Below, in pieces: positions 28,178 through 38,561 of a DNA stretch of 64,000 nt (positions within the stretch are counted from its first letter, which is position 1; each line of letters opens with the position of its first letter). Position numbers and translations under genes: made by a program. The notes under the pieces were generated by a model. That model ran no database searches, was not told the origin of the DNA, and saw only the letters and a program-made list of their open reading frames with translations. The DNA is from an uncultured Gammaproteobacteria bacterium (GTDB taxonomy: Bacteria; Patescibacteriota; Microgenomatia; UBA10105; UBA927): contig CAZNKB010000001.1 of assembly GCA_964573695.1 (NCBI GenBank), forward strand, positions 231 to 64,230, read 5' to 3'.

Positions 28178-28185
28178 GTAGAAAT

Positions 28186-29166
28186 TTACGTCTTCTTCAT
28201 CTTCTGCGTGCCGGGGAATGAATTGACCACTTCCTGAATCGCTAACAACACTGGCACGGCGAGCACTGCGCCGGTTACCCCACCGAAGCGTCCGCCAATC
28301 ATAAGCGCCAATATGGTTAACACCGGCGGCAACCCAACACTCCGCTTCATAACGATCGGAACAAGAAGGTTGTTTTCTATTTGTTGCACGATAATATAGA
28401 GAGCGGCCACCGATAACGCCAAAATCGGCGAGCTGCTTATCGCGACCAAAATAGCAGGCAAGGCCGAAACAGTAGGACCTATGGTTGGAACAATTTCGAG
28501 AAGTCCGGCCAAAATAGCAAGCGGCAGGGCATACTCCACACGCAGGAAAAATAGCCCGCCATATACAAGCAGCCCAACAAACGCCATAAGACACAACTCC
28601 CCCAACACCCATGAACCCAACCGCTTCTCTATTTGAAGCAGTACCCCAAACACCCGCGTCCCGGTTTCTGTACCGAGCAATGCAGACAGGAAATCCTGAA
28701 GATGTCTCCGCTCCAACAGGAAATAAAACGTAAATGTCATCACCGTCAACACGGCAAGCACATTGGAAAACACTCCAACCGTAACCCGAACAAGATTTTC
28801 ACCAACCGGAGCAGCCTGCTGAACCAAACTGCGGACATCCGATGAAATATAGGGAAATACTTTTGCCAGTACATCAGGTAATTGCATAAATAATTTTCCC
28901 GACTGTACCGCAAGCGTTGGTACCATACTGGCAATTCCTGCACCTAATCCGCCAAACACCAACCCATACAACAACAAAATGGAAAGAACTCGGGGTATAC
29001 GAATTCGCTCCAACCCATCGACAATCGGCCGGAGCGCAGACATGAGGATAAACGAGATAAATAACAGGAATAAAATATCGCGTATTTCAAGCACAAACCA
29101 AACTGCCACGAGCAGCACGAGGGTAAAAATAATAGTCCTGTGAGAAATTTCTATCTTAGTCGGCAT
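28186..29166 (-). CDS. AI-2E family transporter (PerM/YhhT-like permease)
   Basis: 8-TM profile and conserved pattern. Confidence 0.75.
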   Translation of the reverse strand: MPTKIEISHRTIIFTLVLLVAVWFVLEIRDILFLLFISFILMSALRPIVDGLERIRIPRVLSILLLYGLVFGGLGAGIASMVPTLAVQSGKLFMQLPDVLAKVFPYISSDVRSLVQQAAPVGENLVRVTVGVFSNVLAVLTVMTFTFYFLLERRHLQDFLSALLGTETGTRVFGVLLQIEKRLGSWVLGELCLMAFVGLLVYGGLFFLRVEYALPLAILAGLLEIVPTIGPTVSALPAILVAISSSPILALSVAALYIIVQQIENNLLVPIVMKRSVGLPPVLTILALMIGGRFGGVTGAVLAVPVLLAIQEVVNSFPGTQKMKKT

Positions 29167-30175
29167 AGTCTTTTACTTTACCAGTATACCACTGACGAAC
29201 GTCCTTCTCTACCTTAGTGTCAAGTGAATCATCCAAAGCGTCGTACCAACGGATTTCCTCCTGTCGGATAAACCACGTCTTTTGTCGTTTAGCGTATTGG
29301 AGTTCCTTGCGAACCCAAAGCGAGCGCGCGTCCTCGTGGGAAATCTCTCCGTTATTTTCACGGATCAGTATGGGCAGCCCGATCGCGGACATAGCCGGCA
29401 AATCATGAGCGAAGTGCTGTAAAGATCGAGCTTCTTGCAACGCCCCGGTGGCATACCGTTTGTCTACCCTGTCACGAATCCTTTGGGAAAGCGCTTCGTC
29501 CCCCAGAGAAAGACCCGCCCAAAACGCATGATATAAACCCTGCTTGGTCACACGGGGTTTATGATTTTTTTTCCACTCGGCTACCTCTATAGCGCGAATA
29601 AGCCTCCTGGGATTATTGCGGTCGGATACGTTCATATGCTGCCAACGGACTACATCCCCAATCGCTAGCACCTGCTGCAGGCTTGTTACCGTCATCTTCG
29701 CTAATTTTTCCCGGAGTTGTTTATTTTGCGGCACCTGAAGGGTTTCGACGTTACCCAAAAGTGAAGAAAGGTAAAAACCCGTCCCCCCCACGAGGATCGG
29801 AAGTTTCCCCCGCCGTGCTATGTCCTCTATCACGGAGGATGCGAGTAATACAAAATGAGAAACGCTCAGGGCGTTACCCGCCTGCGTTATGTCATACAAC
29901 CAGATTGGCACCGCATTGATCTCATATGTGACGAGTGGAAATTTTTTACCCCTAAACATACGTGTTTGCCGATCAACAGGGACGCTACCAGGCTCGGTAT
30001 CTTTTCCTGAAATAACCGTGAGCCCTGCGTACATTTGTCGCGAATCGGCGTTAATGATCTCGCCGTTGAAGCGACGCGCGAGTGACACAGCAAGCTTAGT
30101 TTTTCCTGTTGCAGTAGATCCGCAAATCACAACGATCCGCAGCGGATGATTAGGCGTAGCGGATACTTTTGGCAT
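29156..30175 (-). CDS. miaA: tRNA dimethylallyltransferase
   Basis: P-loop GSTATGKT and DSRQMY motif. Start trimmed to the ATG at 30175. Confidence 0.85.
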   Translation of the reverse strand: MPKVSATPNHPLRIVVICGSTATGKTKLAVSLARRFNGEIINADSRQMYAGLTVISGKDTEPGSVPVDRQTRMFRGKKFPLVTYEINAVPIWLYDITQAGNALSVSHFVLLASSVIEDIARRGKLPILVGGTGFYLSSLLGNVETLQVPQNKQLREKLAKMTVTSLQQVLAIGDVVRWQHMNVSDRNNPRRLIRAIEVAEWKKNHKPRVTKQGLYHAFWAGLSLGDEALSQRIRDRVDKRYATGALQEARSLQHFAHDLPAMSAIGLPILIRENNGEISHEDARSLWVRKELQYAKRQKTWFIRQEEIRWYDALDDSLDTKVEKDVRQWYTGKVKDYAD

Positions 30176-31391
30176 AGGTCCCGTTTCGTAAATTTGTTTT
30201 ATTGATAAGCTCTTCCAGAATTTGCCATCGGCGTTTCTTTTCTTCGTGCGGTACGTCATCGGCAAATGCCTTATGAGCCGCTGTCATAGGCCGATCAGAA
30301 TACATCGCCACGTATGCTTTGGAAAATCCGACCTTCTTTGCCAAATCAACGGTCTGTTCGAATTGCTCTATCGTCTCACCGCAAAATCCGACGATGATAT
30401 CAGTAGAAATTCTTGCTGTCGGCATCGCCTTTTTTATTTTGCCGACTAACGCCAAAAACTCTTCACGCGTATACCACCGGTTCATGCGCTTGAGCATCTC
30501 GTTATCCCCCGATTGCAAAGCAAGATGAATATCACGGGATATTTTTTCATTTTCAGCCATAACAGTTATGAGGTCATCGGAAAAATCCCAAGGATTACTT
30601 GAAATAAAATCAACCACGCGTATGCCTTCTATGGCACAAACATCCCGAAGCAGTTGAGGAAACAATGTCGGAATCCTCAGCCTTCCCAAGTGTTTCACAT
30701 ATGTCGGCTTCACTTTCTTCCCGTTGAGGATATAATTTGTCGGTTTTGATTTTGTCGTACCAGGTATCTGGAAATACGTTTTATCAGGCAGATCCCGCAT
30801 CACCTGGATATTGTGTTCACCCACAAGAAGATCTGCTCCGTAGGAATTAACATTTTGCCCAACCAATGTCACATGCGCTATTCCCCTTCCTGCCAGCTCC
30901 TGACATTCGGCTACAACGTCGTTATACGGCCTACTTATCTCACGACCCCGAGTGAACGGTACCACGCAAAACGTACAGAAGTTATTACAACCGTTGGAAA
31001 TAGGCACCCAGGCGTGATGAGGATCGGTACGAATCGCGGCAAAATCAAAACCCACTTCTTCTATCGGGAGAAACTCATCAACGGCTGGCATCTTTTTCGC
31101 CAACTGGGATAACATCTTGCCGCTTTTCTCCCGGGCAGCCATTCCTACCATACAACCGGTGACGACGATTTTTACCTTGCGTCCTTTCTTTTTCTCTTCT
31201 CCCAGGTTATGGACAATACCGTATACCCGATGTTCCGCAGATGCCCGTATCATACAGGTATTCACAACGACATCATCTGCCTGCCTCATGCTTTTCGAAC
31301 GGGTATATCCACGGGACTCATATAGCGCGGCGATACGCTCACTGTCCGCCTCGTTGGCGGCACAGCCGAATGTTTTGATGAAGTATTTCAT
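30150..31391 (-). CDS. miaB: tRNA methylthiotransferase MiaB (radical SAM)
   Basis: UPF0004 N-terminal domain, CxxxCxxC (CNNFCTFC), TRAM C-terminus. Adjacent to miaA. Confidence 0.85.
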   Translation of the reverse strand: MKYFIKTFGCAANEADSERIAALYESRGYTRSKSMRQADDVVVNTCMIRASAEHRVYGIVHNLGEEKKKGRKVKIVVTGCMVGMAAREKSGKMLSQLAKKMPAVDEFLPIEEVGFDFAAIRTDPHHAWVPISNGCNNFCTFCVVPFTRGREISRPYNDVVAECQELAGRGIAHVTLVGQNVNSYGADLLVGEHNIQVMRDLPDKTYFQIPGTTKSKPTNYILNGKKVKPTYVKHLGRLRIPTLFPQLLRDVCAIEGIRVVDFISSNPWDFSDDLITVMAENEKISRDIHLALQSGDNEMLKRMNRWYTREEFLALVGKIKKAMPTARISTDIIVGFCGETIEQFEQTVDLAKKVGFSKAYVAMYSDRPMTAAHKAFADDVPHEEKKRRWQILEELINKTNLRNGTYAKSIRYA

Positions 31392-31470
31392 GCGATGCGT
31401 ATTGTATCATCTCAACCTATCGAAAGAAATTTGGCATGGAGCTGTTACGCATACGGCGCCCAGTCAATAA

Positions 31471-32220
31471 TCACGAAAGAATATATTTTTCGATGACCGT
31501 CGCCACGCCGTCTTGGGTAACAGGTGGCGCGACAAAATCGGCAATTTCCTTAAGCTCCGGAACCGCATTACCCATGGCAACTTTGAGTCCGCACGCCAGA
31601 AGGAGGGGGAAATCATTGTACCCGTCGCCAACGCCGATAATCTCATGGGTTTTGATTCCAGTAATACGCGACACCTCCACAACACCATGAAGTTTTGACG
31701 CCTCCGCATTCACTATATCCAGACACTCGAATCCTTTTTCCCAAGCTTCCATTCTGTGAAGCGCTATTCCCGATACGCCAGCAAGCTCCCTGGTGACGTC
31801 CTGCAACACATCCGGCTCTAATTTCGGGAAATACATCCCGAGCACTTCTTTAGGGAGGTTGTTGCCGTCGTAGATAAATTCCTTTTCCCCGTCGTAGATA
31901 CTCAACTGTGCGCTATGTGTCTTTGCGGCGTCGACAATCTCCCGAAGGGCAGACAGCGGGAACTCCTTTTTTATGATGACTTTTTTTGATTTCGGGTCGT
32001 AAATTTGTGCACCGCTTGAAAGCACGCATATCCCGTTTAGTCCAAGATGCTCTATGACATAAATCACGGATCTCGGAGGTCGGCTTGTCGCGAGACTTAC
32101 GGAAATTCCCGCCTGCATCGCACGCTTCACCATTTGAGTCACTCGCGGACTGGGGATATTGTCGACACCGTGAACGACTGTCGTACCGTCAACGTCAAGA
32201 AAGAGGGCTTTGTACTTCAT
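31471..32220 (-). CDS. HAD-IIB Cof-type phosphatase
   Basis: FLDVDGT; GDGYND. Confidence 0.7.
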   Translation of the reverse strand: MKYKALFLDVDGTTVVHGVDNIPSPRVTQMVKRAMQAGISVSLATSRPPRSVIYVIEHLGLNGICVLSSGAQIYDPKSKKVIIKKEFPLSALREIVDAAKTHSAQLSIYDGEKEFIYDGNNLPKEVLGMYFPKLEPDVLQDVTRELAGVSGIALHRMEAWEKGFECLDIVNAEASKLHGVVEVSRITGIKTHEIIGVGDGYNDFPLLLACGLKVAMGNAVPELKEIADFVAPPVTQDGVATVIEKYILS

Positions 32221-33050
32221 TCCTCTTTACCGACTATGACCTCTGCGTCATAAGAAGCGCTTTCCTCTACCTGAGCTGAGGCGGTCCCGAGGGTGTAATC
32301 CGCCTTCAAATCATCGGTCAACAGTTGTTTGTAATCAGTTTTCCCTGATTTAACTGAAATTTCGGTTTGTGTATACGTATAATCGTCTGCATTGGAAACA
32401 CTGACGACTGAATATCCTTTTTCTTCCAGAAACGTCTTCATTTTGCTTCCTGCTCCGGGTGTTCCGCCGCCATTTATGACGCGTACTTTTATGTCACCTC
32501 GGGCTACTGCCACCGGGCTGGGCGTGGGAGCAACTGTAGGAGTTGGAGTTGGCGTGGGCTTTGCAAACATAAATGGCAATGTTTGAGGTCCCTTCACGAG
32601 TAGTATCAATGAGACGCCAATAGCAAGAGCTACTCCGAGCATTGCCCCTACCCATACGCCGATAGAAGGGCCCCGCTTTCCGACAACGGTAATTTCCGGA
32701 TGCACACTTGATTCAGTTTTCATGAAAAGTGACCCGACACCCTTAGGATCTCCTTGTATTTCTTCCTCGGTAACAGGGGGGGCGCTCTGTGGTTGACTCG
32801 TGCTTGTTTGTGTCTCCTCGGCGACTTCTTCTTCTATTGCTTCGACGGCTTCTTCAATTTCTTCTGCGTCTTTTTTGATCGTTTCGATTGCTTCCGGGAC
32901 AGTGCCTTCTTCCACTACTTCCACGACCTGGCGCACCGTGGATTCCTTCTCGACAGGCATTTCTTTATCTTCAGCGGCAGCTTCTTCGATCTGTCCGCTT
33001 ACTTCATCAAGCTTCAATGATGCCCGTTTCTTTTTGGCTTTGGGTGGCAT
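32217..33050 (-). CDS. LytR_C-domain membrane protein with acidic N-terminus and PT-repeat linker
   Basis: TM helix; PTPTPTPT linker; C-terminal IKVRVINGGG...G LytR_C-like fold. Confidence 0.55.
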   Translation of the reverse strand: MPPKAKKKRASLKLDEVSGQIEEAAAEDKEMPVEKESTVRQVVEVVEEGTVPEAIETIKKDAEEIEEAVEAIEEEVAEETQTSTSQPQSAPPVTEEEIQGDPKGVGSLFMKTESSVHPEITVVGKRGPSIGVWVGAMLGVALAIGVSLILLVKGPQTLPFMFAKPTPTPTPTVAPTPSPVAVARGDIKVRVINGGGTPGAGSKMKTFLEEKGYSVVSVSNADDYTYTQTEISVKSGKTDYKQLLTDDLKADYTLGTASAQVEESASYDAEVIVGKEE

Positions 33051-33098
33051 ATATATTGAGTATAATGATTTAAATCTTCTCCCGCAAGTCTGACAACG

Positions 33099-33887
33099 TT
33101 AACTACTCGCGCTGGTATAGTGCCGGAGCGCAAACAACCAATATTTCCTTGCAGCTACCCACAACAGAAGAGAGAATAAGCAAAGAATTCCCGTATCCCA
33201 AACCGTTGCTTTTTGCATCAAAATGCGCGCGGGAGTGTTTATAACCAACGCCAGAGGCAACATGGCGTAAAAGATAAAACTGACAAGCTGCATGAGCATT
33301 TCTTTCGGAAAACGCGCCATACTCTCAAATGAATACATAAAAAGCACCAGATTGGACATATTGGTAAACCATACAAGGTTCGTTAAGATAAGAAACCACA
33401 ACGAATACAACAATATAAGAGATATGAAAGCGACGCCCAACGAGAGAAGAACGGAAACGGGCGTAATGGCGATATGCATGCTCTGCGTGATCCATATGGT
33501 GTATCCAAGCGCCATAAGAATTCGAAATACCGTCGAAAAATTTACCCACCAAAGACTGATAGCAAACTGCGAGTCTATCGGCTTGATCAATATTCCGTCG
33601 AGTTCCCCCATATGGATAACACGGGACATTCTTCCCATATTGATACTCAAAAACATATGGAAAATTCCGACAATCACCCCGTAAATGCCATTGAGAAGCA
33701 GAAGCTCCTCACGCTTCCACCCGTAGGCGTCACTGATGCGCGACGTCAAAAGAATAACGGTGAAAAGCGACATCGCTCCCCAGCCGATGCTCGCTATGAC
33801 ATTATTTACAAAATTCACCCGATACGTCAGGAGCGACGCTAAATTAAGCCTGAGAAGCTGTCTGTAAATCCGCAAATATCGTTTCAT
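33099..33887 (-). CDS. ABC-2 type transporter permease
   Basis: 6-TM permease downstream of the ATPase. Confidence 0.6.
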   Translation of the reverse strand: MKRYLRIYRQLLRLNLASLLTYRVNFVNNVIASIGWGAMSLFTVILLTSRISDAYGWKREELLLLNGIYGVIVGIFHMFLSINMGRMSRVIHMGELDGILIKPIDSQFAISLWWVNFSTVFRILMALGYTIWITQSMHIAITPVSVLLSLGVAFISLILLYSLWFLILTNLVWFTNMSNLVLFMYSFESMARFPKEMLMQLVSFIFYAMLPLALVINTPARILMQKATVWDTGILCLFSLLLWVAARKYWLFALRHYTSASS

Positions 33888-33899
33888 ACTGTCTTCGTT

Positions 33900-34694
33900 C
33901 TATTGCCCGACGGCCGTAAAGACCCGGAGGCCCCTGTGCCAAACAAACCGGTAAAGGATATAAAGGAGAAAAATCCAGAACCATTGCGTAGCTAACACCT
34001 GCCAAAGCTGGCTGTAGGTAAATACACCCTGCACCGCACGCACCGGATAATATAACGTGTATGCAATCGGCTGCATAAGGGCAAACCCCCGTATTCCCTC
34101 GGGTAACAGGTGCAAAGGGATCATAAGACCGCTTAACAGCATATAAAGGATTATTTGTATATTCTGGAGCCCTGTATAATCAATCGTCCAGAAGGCAATA
34201 ATTCCGATAATCATCTTATATATAAAGCACAGCATGTATGCACTCACGGCAATCGCAAACACGAGGAACACAGAATATATATCACTCACGACTTGGATGC
34301 GACTAATAAATACACCTACAAAAATAAGCGTAACCAATCCGAATCCTCCCTGAATGAGACGCCACGGTAACTCCTGAAAGAATTTGAACCGAACGTACGA
34401 AAACGGACGCAACAGATATTGGGAAAGCCGCCCGTATTGTATATCCTCAAATGCGACTTCCTCTTCTATATGCACCTGCAGTAAGTTGCCGGCAACCAAC
34501 AGCAAGAGATAGTACGATACCGCCTCGGAAAACGACCAGAATGTATTGGATGATCCGGAAACAAGCACCCCGCGCCAATAGAGAATATAGACAAAAACAT
34601 CCATGAGGATTATGCCGAACCAAACCAATGAACGCGCTTTATACTCCAGCGCATGCTGCGCGTAAAGAGAAAATATCGTTGCGTACCGCTTCAT
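33900..34694 (-). CDS. ABC-2 type transporter permease (second subunit)
   Basis: 6-TM permease. Confidence 0.6.
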   Translation of the reverse strand: MKRYATIFSLYAQHALEYKARSLVWFGIILMDVFVYILYWRGVLVSGSSNTFWSFSEAVSYYLLLLVAGNLLQVHIEEEVAFEDIQYGRLSQYLLRPFSYVRFKFFQELPWRLIQGGFGLVTLIFVGVFISRIQVVSDIYSVFLVFAIAVSAYMLCFIYKMIIGIIAFWTIDYTGLQNIQIILYMLLSGLMIPLHLLPEGIRGFALMQPIAYTLYYPVRAVQGVFTYSQLWQVLATQWFWIFLLYILYRFVWHRGLRVFTAVGQ

Positions 34695-35674
34695 GTTTTT
34701 TGGGCTTTTTTGGTGAATACGTCACGGATCACGTCTTCTATATCCGGCTCTTCGATATTTAAGTCGTCGACCGGAAAATGCTGAAGCAGTTCCGCCGCAG
34801 CGATATTTGAAGCATTCCTTTCTACCCGAATAACCGCTTTCGGAAACTCATATGTCACCAACTCCCCTATCATTTGTAATTTATCCGGAGGGACGTACGT
34901 CTCCAATACAACAGACAGGAGTTTATGCTTCGCAAACCGTTTGACGAGTTGCTCAAGCTTACCGTCATACATAATTTTTCCGTGGTCAATGATAATCACT
35001 CTGCGCGCCAACTGTCGTACGTCCTCCATATAATGTGAGGTGAGAAGAATTGTCGATTTGTGAAGCGTGTTATATTCGGCGACAAAATCCCGCATCTTTT
35101 TCTGCATGACAACATCAAGTCCTATGGTTGGCTCGTCCAAAAAAAGCACCTCTGGTGCATGGATAAGCGCCGCAATAAGCTCCATTTTCATTCGTTCACC
35201 CAATGACAATTTCCGGACCGGTACTTTGATCATTTCTTCTACTTCCAAAAGAGACACGAGCTCGCCAAGGTGCTGCTTATACGCGTGGTCGGATATACCA
35301 TAGATTTCTTTATTGAGAAGAAATGTTTCCTGGGCAGGCAGGTCCCACCATAATTGATTCTTCTGACCCATGACAAGCGCGATGCGCCCTAGGTACGCAT
35401 GATCACGATTAAACGGGGTAAATCCTAAGACAGACACTTTCCCTGTCGTTGGATACAGCAGCCCCGAAAGACACTTGAGCGTCGTCGTCTTCCCCGCTCC
35501 GTTGGGACCGATGAATCCGACAAGTTCACCCTCTTCAATCGTAAATGAAATATCGTCAACTGCTGCAACTATTTCTGTGTTGCGCCGATACAACGACTCG
35601 ACCGAACCCCAAAATCCGGGCCTCTTTTTATAGACCGAGTAGTGTTTTGAAAGATGAGAAACTTCAATTACCAT
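34691..35674 (-). CDS. ABC transporter ATP-binding protein
   Basis: Walker A GPNGAGKTT, signature LSLGERMK, Walker B LFLDEPT. Confidence 0.85.
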   Translation of the reverse strand: MVIEVSHLSKHYSVYKKRPGFWGSVESLYRRNTEIVAAVDDISFTIEEGELVGFIGPNGAGKTTTLKCLSGLLYPTTGKVSVLGFTPFNRDHAYLGRIALVMGQKNQLWWDLPAQETFLLNKEIYGISDHAYKQHLGELVSLLEVEEMIKVPVRKLSLGERMKMELIAALIHAPEVLFLDEPTIGLDVVMQKKMRDFVAEYNTLHKSTILLTSHYMEDVRQLARRVIIIDHGKIMYDGKLEQLVKRFAKHKLLSVVLETYVPPDKLQMIGELVTYEFPKAVIRVERNASNIAAAELLQHFPVDDLNIEEPDIEDVIRDVFTKKAQKT

Positions 35675-35752
35675 TTGTCTTTTGTAGTATATACCAAAAG
35701 AGACCCGCTTTTTATTATGAGCGAGCCTCTTATTTGGAAAAAGCCTTTTCTA

Positions 35753-36025
35753 TTAACGAACGACTTTTTTAAGCGCCTTCCCAGCGGTAAACCCTGGAGT
35801 CTTGCGTGCCGGGATATTGATCGCTGCCCCGGTTTGGGGGTTGCGACCTGTGCGTGCTTTGCGGCTTCGTACCATGAATGTTCCGAAACCGGTCACCACC
35901 ACCTTGTCACCTTTTTTGAGTGCATCGGTGACGGCACCAAATACTGCCGCGACTGCTTCGCGGGCGGCTTTGGCGGTAAGATTAGCCTTTTTTGCAACGA
36001 CATCAACGAGATCTGCTTTTGTCAT
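35753..36025 (-). CDS. hup: DNA-binding protein HU
   Basis: ...GFGTF.VR.R.AR.GRNPQTG... Start at MTKADL with AGGAGGTG RBS; the track ORF is over-extended. Confidence 0.85.
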   Translation of the reverse strand: MTKADLVDVVAKKANLTAKAAREAVAAVFGAVTDALKKGDKVVVTGFGTFMVRSRKARTGRNPQTGAAINIPARKTPGFTAGKALKKVVR

Positions 36026-36065
36026 GAAGTAATTCACCTCCTTTTGGGCAGAAGGTTCTGACAAG

Positions 36066-36100
36066 ACGAAAAAATATTTGTCCCGCCCTGGCGGGATCTA
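36066..36100 (-). terminator. Hairpin (CCCGCC/GGCGGG) with U tract on the minus strand, between rny and hup
   Basis: Minus-strand ...CCCGCCAGGGCGGGACAAAUAUUUUUUCG. Confidence 0.4.
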
Positions 36101-36267
36101 TGAGGCACTGTAAAAGATATAGCGCGTCCTGTCAATATAGATTTTAATACATCGCACTATAACAATCTAAATCCAAACAGATATACAATTTGGATTGTCA
36201 TTGCAACAAATTTACGAAGAAGCGCCCAATCAGAACCCTTTGAAATACTCGACGACTCTATGACGTA

Positions 36268-37821
36268 TCATTTAACGATTTCCGTAGCCCGAAGTTCCCG
36301 TATGACGGTAACCTTGACAGAGCCGGGAACAATCACCTTTTTGGCGATTTCGTCACGGATCTCCTTTGCCAAAATGGCGGTTACGGCGTCCGAAACGGTG
36401 CCGGGGTCCACGATGACGCGAATTTCCCTCCCCGCTTGAAAGGCAAAACTCTCTGTTACTCCTTTGTGGGATTTGGCTATTTCTTCCAGATCCTTCAGGC
36501 GCTTGACATACTCATCGTAGTTTTCATACCGCGCACCGGGGCGACTGCCGGATATCGCATCCGCTATATACACAAGCATGGATTCCGCACTGGTGAACTG
36601 GGTGTCTTCGTGATGTTGGGCAACACAGTCCACGACTTTTTGGGGAAGGCCGAATTTTTTGCACAATTCGACACCAAGCTCCACGTGGTTCCCTTCTTTG
36701 TCAGCAACGATTTTCCCAATATCATGAAGCAAGCATCCCAAACGCACGACGTTGACATCTGCCCCGATTTCCTGCGCAATTGCAACACCTATCTTCGTCT
36801 CTTCCATGGTGTGCGCAATCATATTCTGGCCGAATGAATACCGGTATTTAAACCTTCCGAGCATCGCAATAAGTGGCGGCGGCAAATTATATACGCCCAC
36901 CGAGTGGCACAATTTCTGACCTTCTTCAAACATGATCCGTTCTGTTTCTTTTTTCACCTGCTCGATAAGTTCTTCGATACGCCCTGGCTGCACACGTCCG
37001 TCACGAAGAAGACGCTCCAGAGTTACTCGCGCTATTTCCCTTCTCACCGGGTCAAAACTCGAGAGACGAATGACCCCTTCTTCATCCAGATCCACATCGA
37101 CTCCCGTAGCAGTCTCAAAGGCCCGAATATTGCGCCCTTCTTTTCCGATAATCCTTCCTTTTACGTCTTCATCTGTAACTTTGATAACGGAAACCGTGTA
37201 TTCCGTAACATAATCAGTAGCACCGTGCTTCATGGCATCTACAAGAATTTCCCGAGCTTTCACTTCCGCTTCTTCTTTTGCCTTTGCCTCAGCCTCCCTG
37301 ATTTCCCGTGCCATATCCGCATCAAGCTCGTTTCGAAGCTCACTTAACATAAGCTCTTTTGCTTCATCACGGGTAAGGTGGGCAATCTTTTCTAATTTGG
37401 CAATTGTTTGCTTGTGAAGATCGTCTATCGCCTCGTGCTTTTTGACAATTGATTCCTCGCCCTCAAGTATCCGCTTCTCGCGGATCTCTAACCCCGCATC
37501 CTTGCGGTCTGCGGCTATCTCTCTCTGGCGTACGCTTTCCTCAAGTCTCCTCACTTCCATCTCTGCATCTTTGCGGATCCGAAGCGCTTCATCTTTTGCT
37601 TCAAGGATAATTTCCCTGGCTTGCGCCTCTGCTAGTTTTCGTTCGGCAGAAAAATCCACAACCGGCACTTGCACTGCCTGAGTTTTTTTCGCTTTCTTGG
37701 CTGTCTCTGCGGGTACGACAGGCTGCATAATCACAGGCTCGGGCTTTACTTTCGTCTGATGTGCAGTGGATACGCTTTTGGGTTTTACTAACCCCGACAA
37801 GGTTTTGAGTACATCGAACAT
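36268..37821 (-). CDS. rny: Ribonuclease Y
   Basis: N-terminal TM, coiled-coil, KH domain, HD domain (LLHDIGK). Confidence 0.9.
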   Translation of the reverse strand: MFDVLKTLSGLVKPKSVSTAHQTKVKPEPVIMQPVVPAETAKKAKKTQAVQVPVVDFSAERKLAEAQAREIILEAKDEALRIRKDAEMEVRRLEESVRQREIAADRKDAGLEIREKRILEGEESIVKKHEAIDDLHKQTIAKLEKIAHLTRDEAKELMLSELRNELDADMAREIREAEAKAKEEAEVKAREILVDAMKHGATDYVTEYTVSVIKVTDEDVKGRIIGKEGRNIRAFETATGVDVDLDEEGVIRLSSFDPVRREIARVTLERLLRDGRVQPGRIEELIEQVKKETERIMFEEGQKLCHSVGVYNLPPPLIAMLGRFKYRYSFGQNMIAHTMEETKIGVAIAQEIGADVNVVRLGCLLHDIGKIVADKEGNHVELGVELCKKFGLPQKVVDCVAQHHEDTQFTSAESMLVYIADAISGSRPGARYENYDEYVKRLKDLEEIAKSHKGVTESFAFQAGREIRVIVDPGTVSDAVTAILAKEIRDEIAKKVIVPGSVKVTVIRELRATEIVK

Positions 37822-38004
37822 AAAAATTCCTTTCTTAAAGAAGCGAAGTGAAAAAACCCAGCAAAAAACCCGCTAGTTATGCGGTGACGCGTGTAGGAGA
37901 AAATACGGTATATGTGTGACTCATAATCCTACAAAATTCCAGTTTTTTGCTGATCTTTATAAATCGCTTACACTACAGGCTATACACCTGATTACTTAGC
38001 TATT

Positions 38005-38508
38005 TTACACGTTTCCCACTATCTCGTCAACGACTCTCCAGACAATTTCTGAGGCAAATCCCCTGCGAAGCAGGTACTGAGCAAGTTTCTGCTTCCGCTG
38101 TGCCTTCGAAGAAGTACCCCACACAAAACGCTTTTTTTCCAAGGCCGCCCTTGCGAGCATCAGCTCAGACCGATCATCTTTCATGATAGTAAAAATAGCA
38201 TCTTCAATGATCTCAGGAGCTATTCCTTTTTGTTCCAGTTCCCGACGTATCGCTCTGGCCCCTTTTGACTTCCTGCCGGTCCGCTGACTCACCCACCACG
38301 TAGCAAATGCGCGGTCGTCAACATATCCTAACTCTATCAAACGACTCACCACTTTATTGGTTACCAGCGGGGCCGTCGTGTGACTGTCGGCAAGCTTTTT
38401 TCTGATAAAATCATCTATTTCTTTACCACTTCTCGGGCGGTACGATACAAACCGGATACATGCCCCGATAAGCCGTTCATACACATCTGAATTTGTCACG
38501 TCTGTCAT
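38005..38508 (-). CDS. recX: Regulatory protein RecX
   Basis: Three-helix-repeat RecX pattern; located next to recA. Confidence 0.7.
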   Translation of the reverse strand: MTDVTNSDVYERLIGACIRFVSYRPRSGKEIDDFIRKKLADSHTTAPLVTNKVVSRLIELGYVDDRAFATWWVSQRTGRKSKGARAIRRELEQKGIAPEIIEDAIFTIMKDDRSELMLARAALEKKRFVWGTSSKAQRKQKLAQYLLRRGFASEIVWRVVDEIVGNV

Positions 38509-38561
38509 ATCCCTTGTCGGAAGTATTCCCTGCAGTATATACTACAAGCACGGAGGAAATT

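Noticed and set aside
27536-28237. Five overlapping six-frame ORFs (27536-27877+, 27687-27926+, 27738-27956-, 27868-28074-, 27884-28237+)
   Set aside because: They lie entirely within or across the RNase P RNA gene and its terminator. None has an RBS or a recognisable domain, so they are artefacts of a structured-RNA locus.
32480-32580. Short tandem repeat (ggagttggagttggcgtgggc, GT-rich) that could suggest a repeat array
   Set aside because: It is a coding low-complexity PTPTPTPT linker within the LytR_C-domain protein. It is not a CRISPR or a satellite.
36066-36267. Possible riboswitch or leader between rny and hup
   Set aside because: Only a simple GC hairpin with a U tract (a terminator or 5' stem-loop) and a TTGACA-like box were found. 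There are no conserved riboswitch cores.
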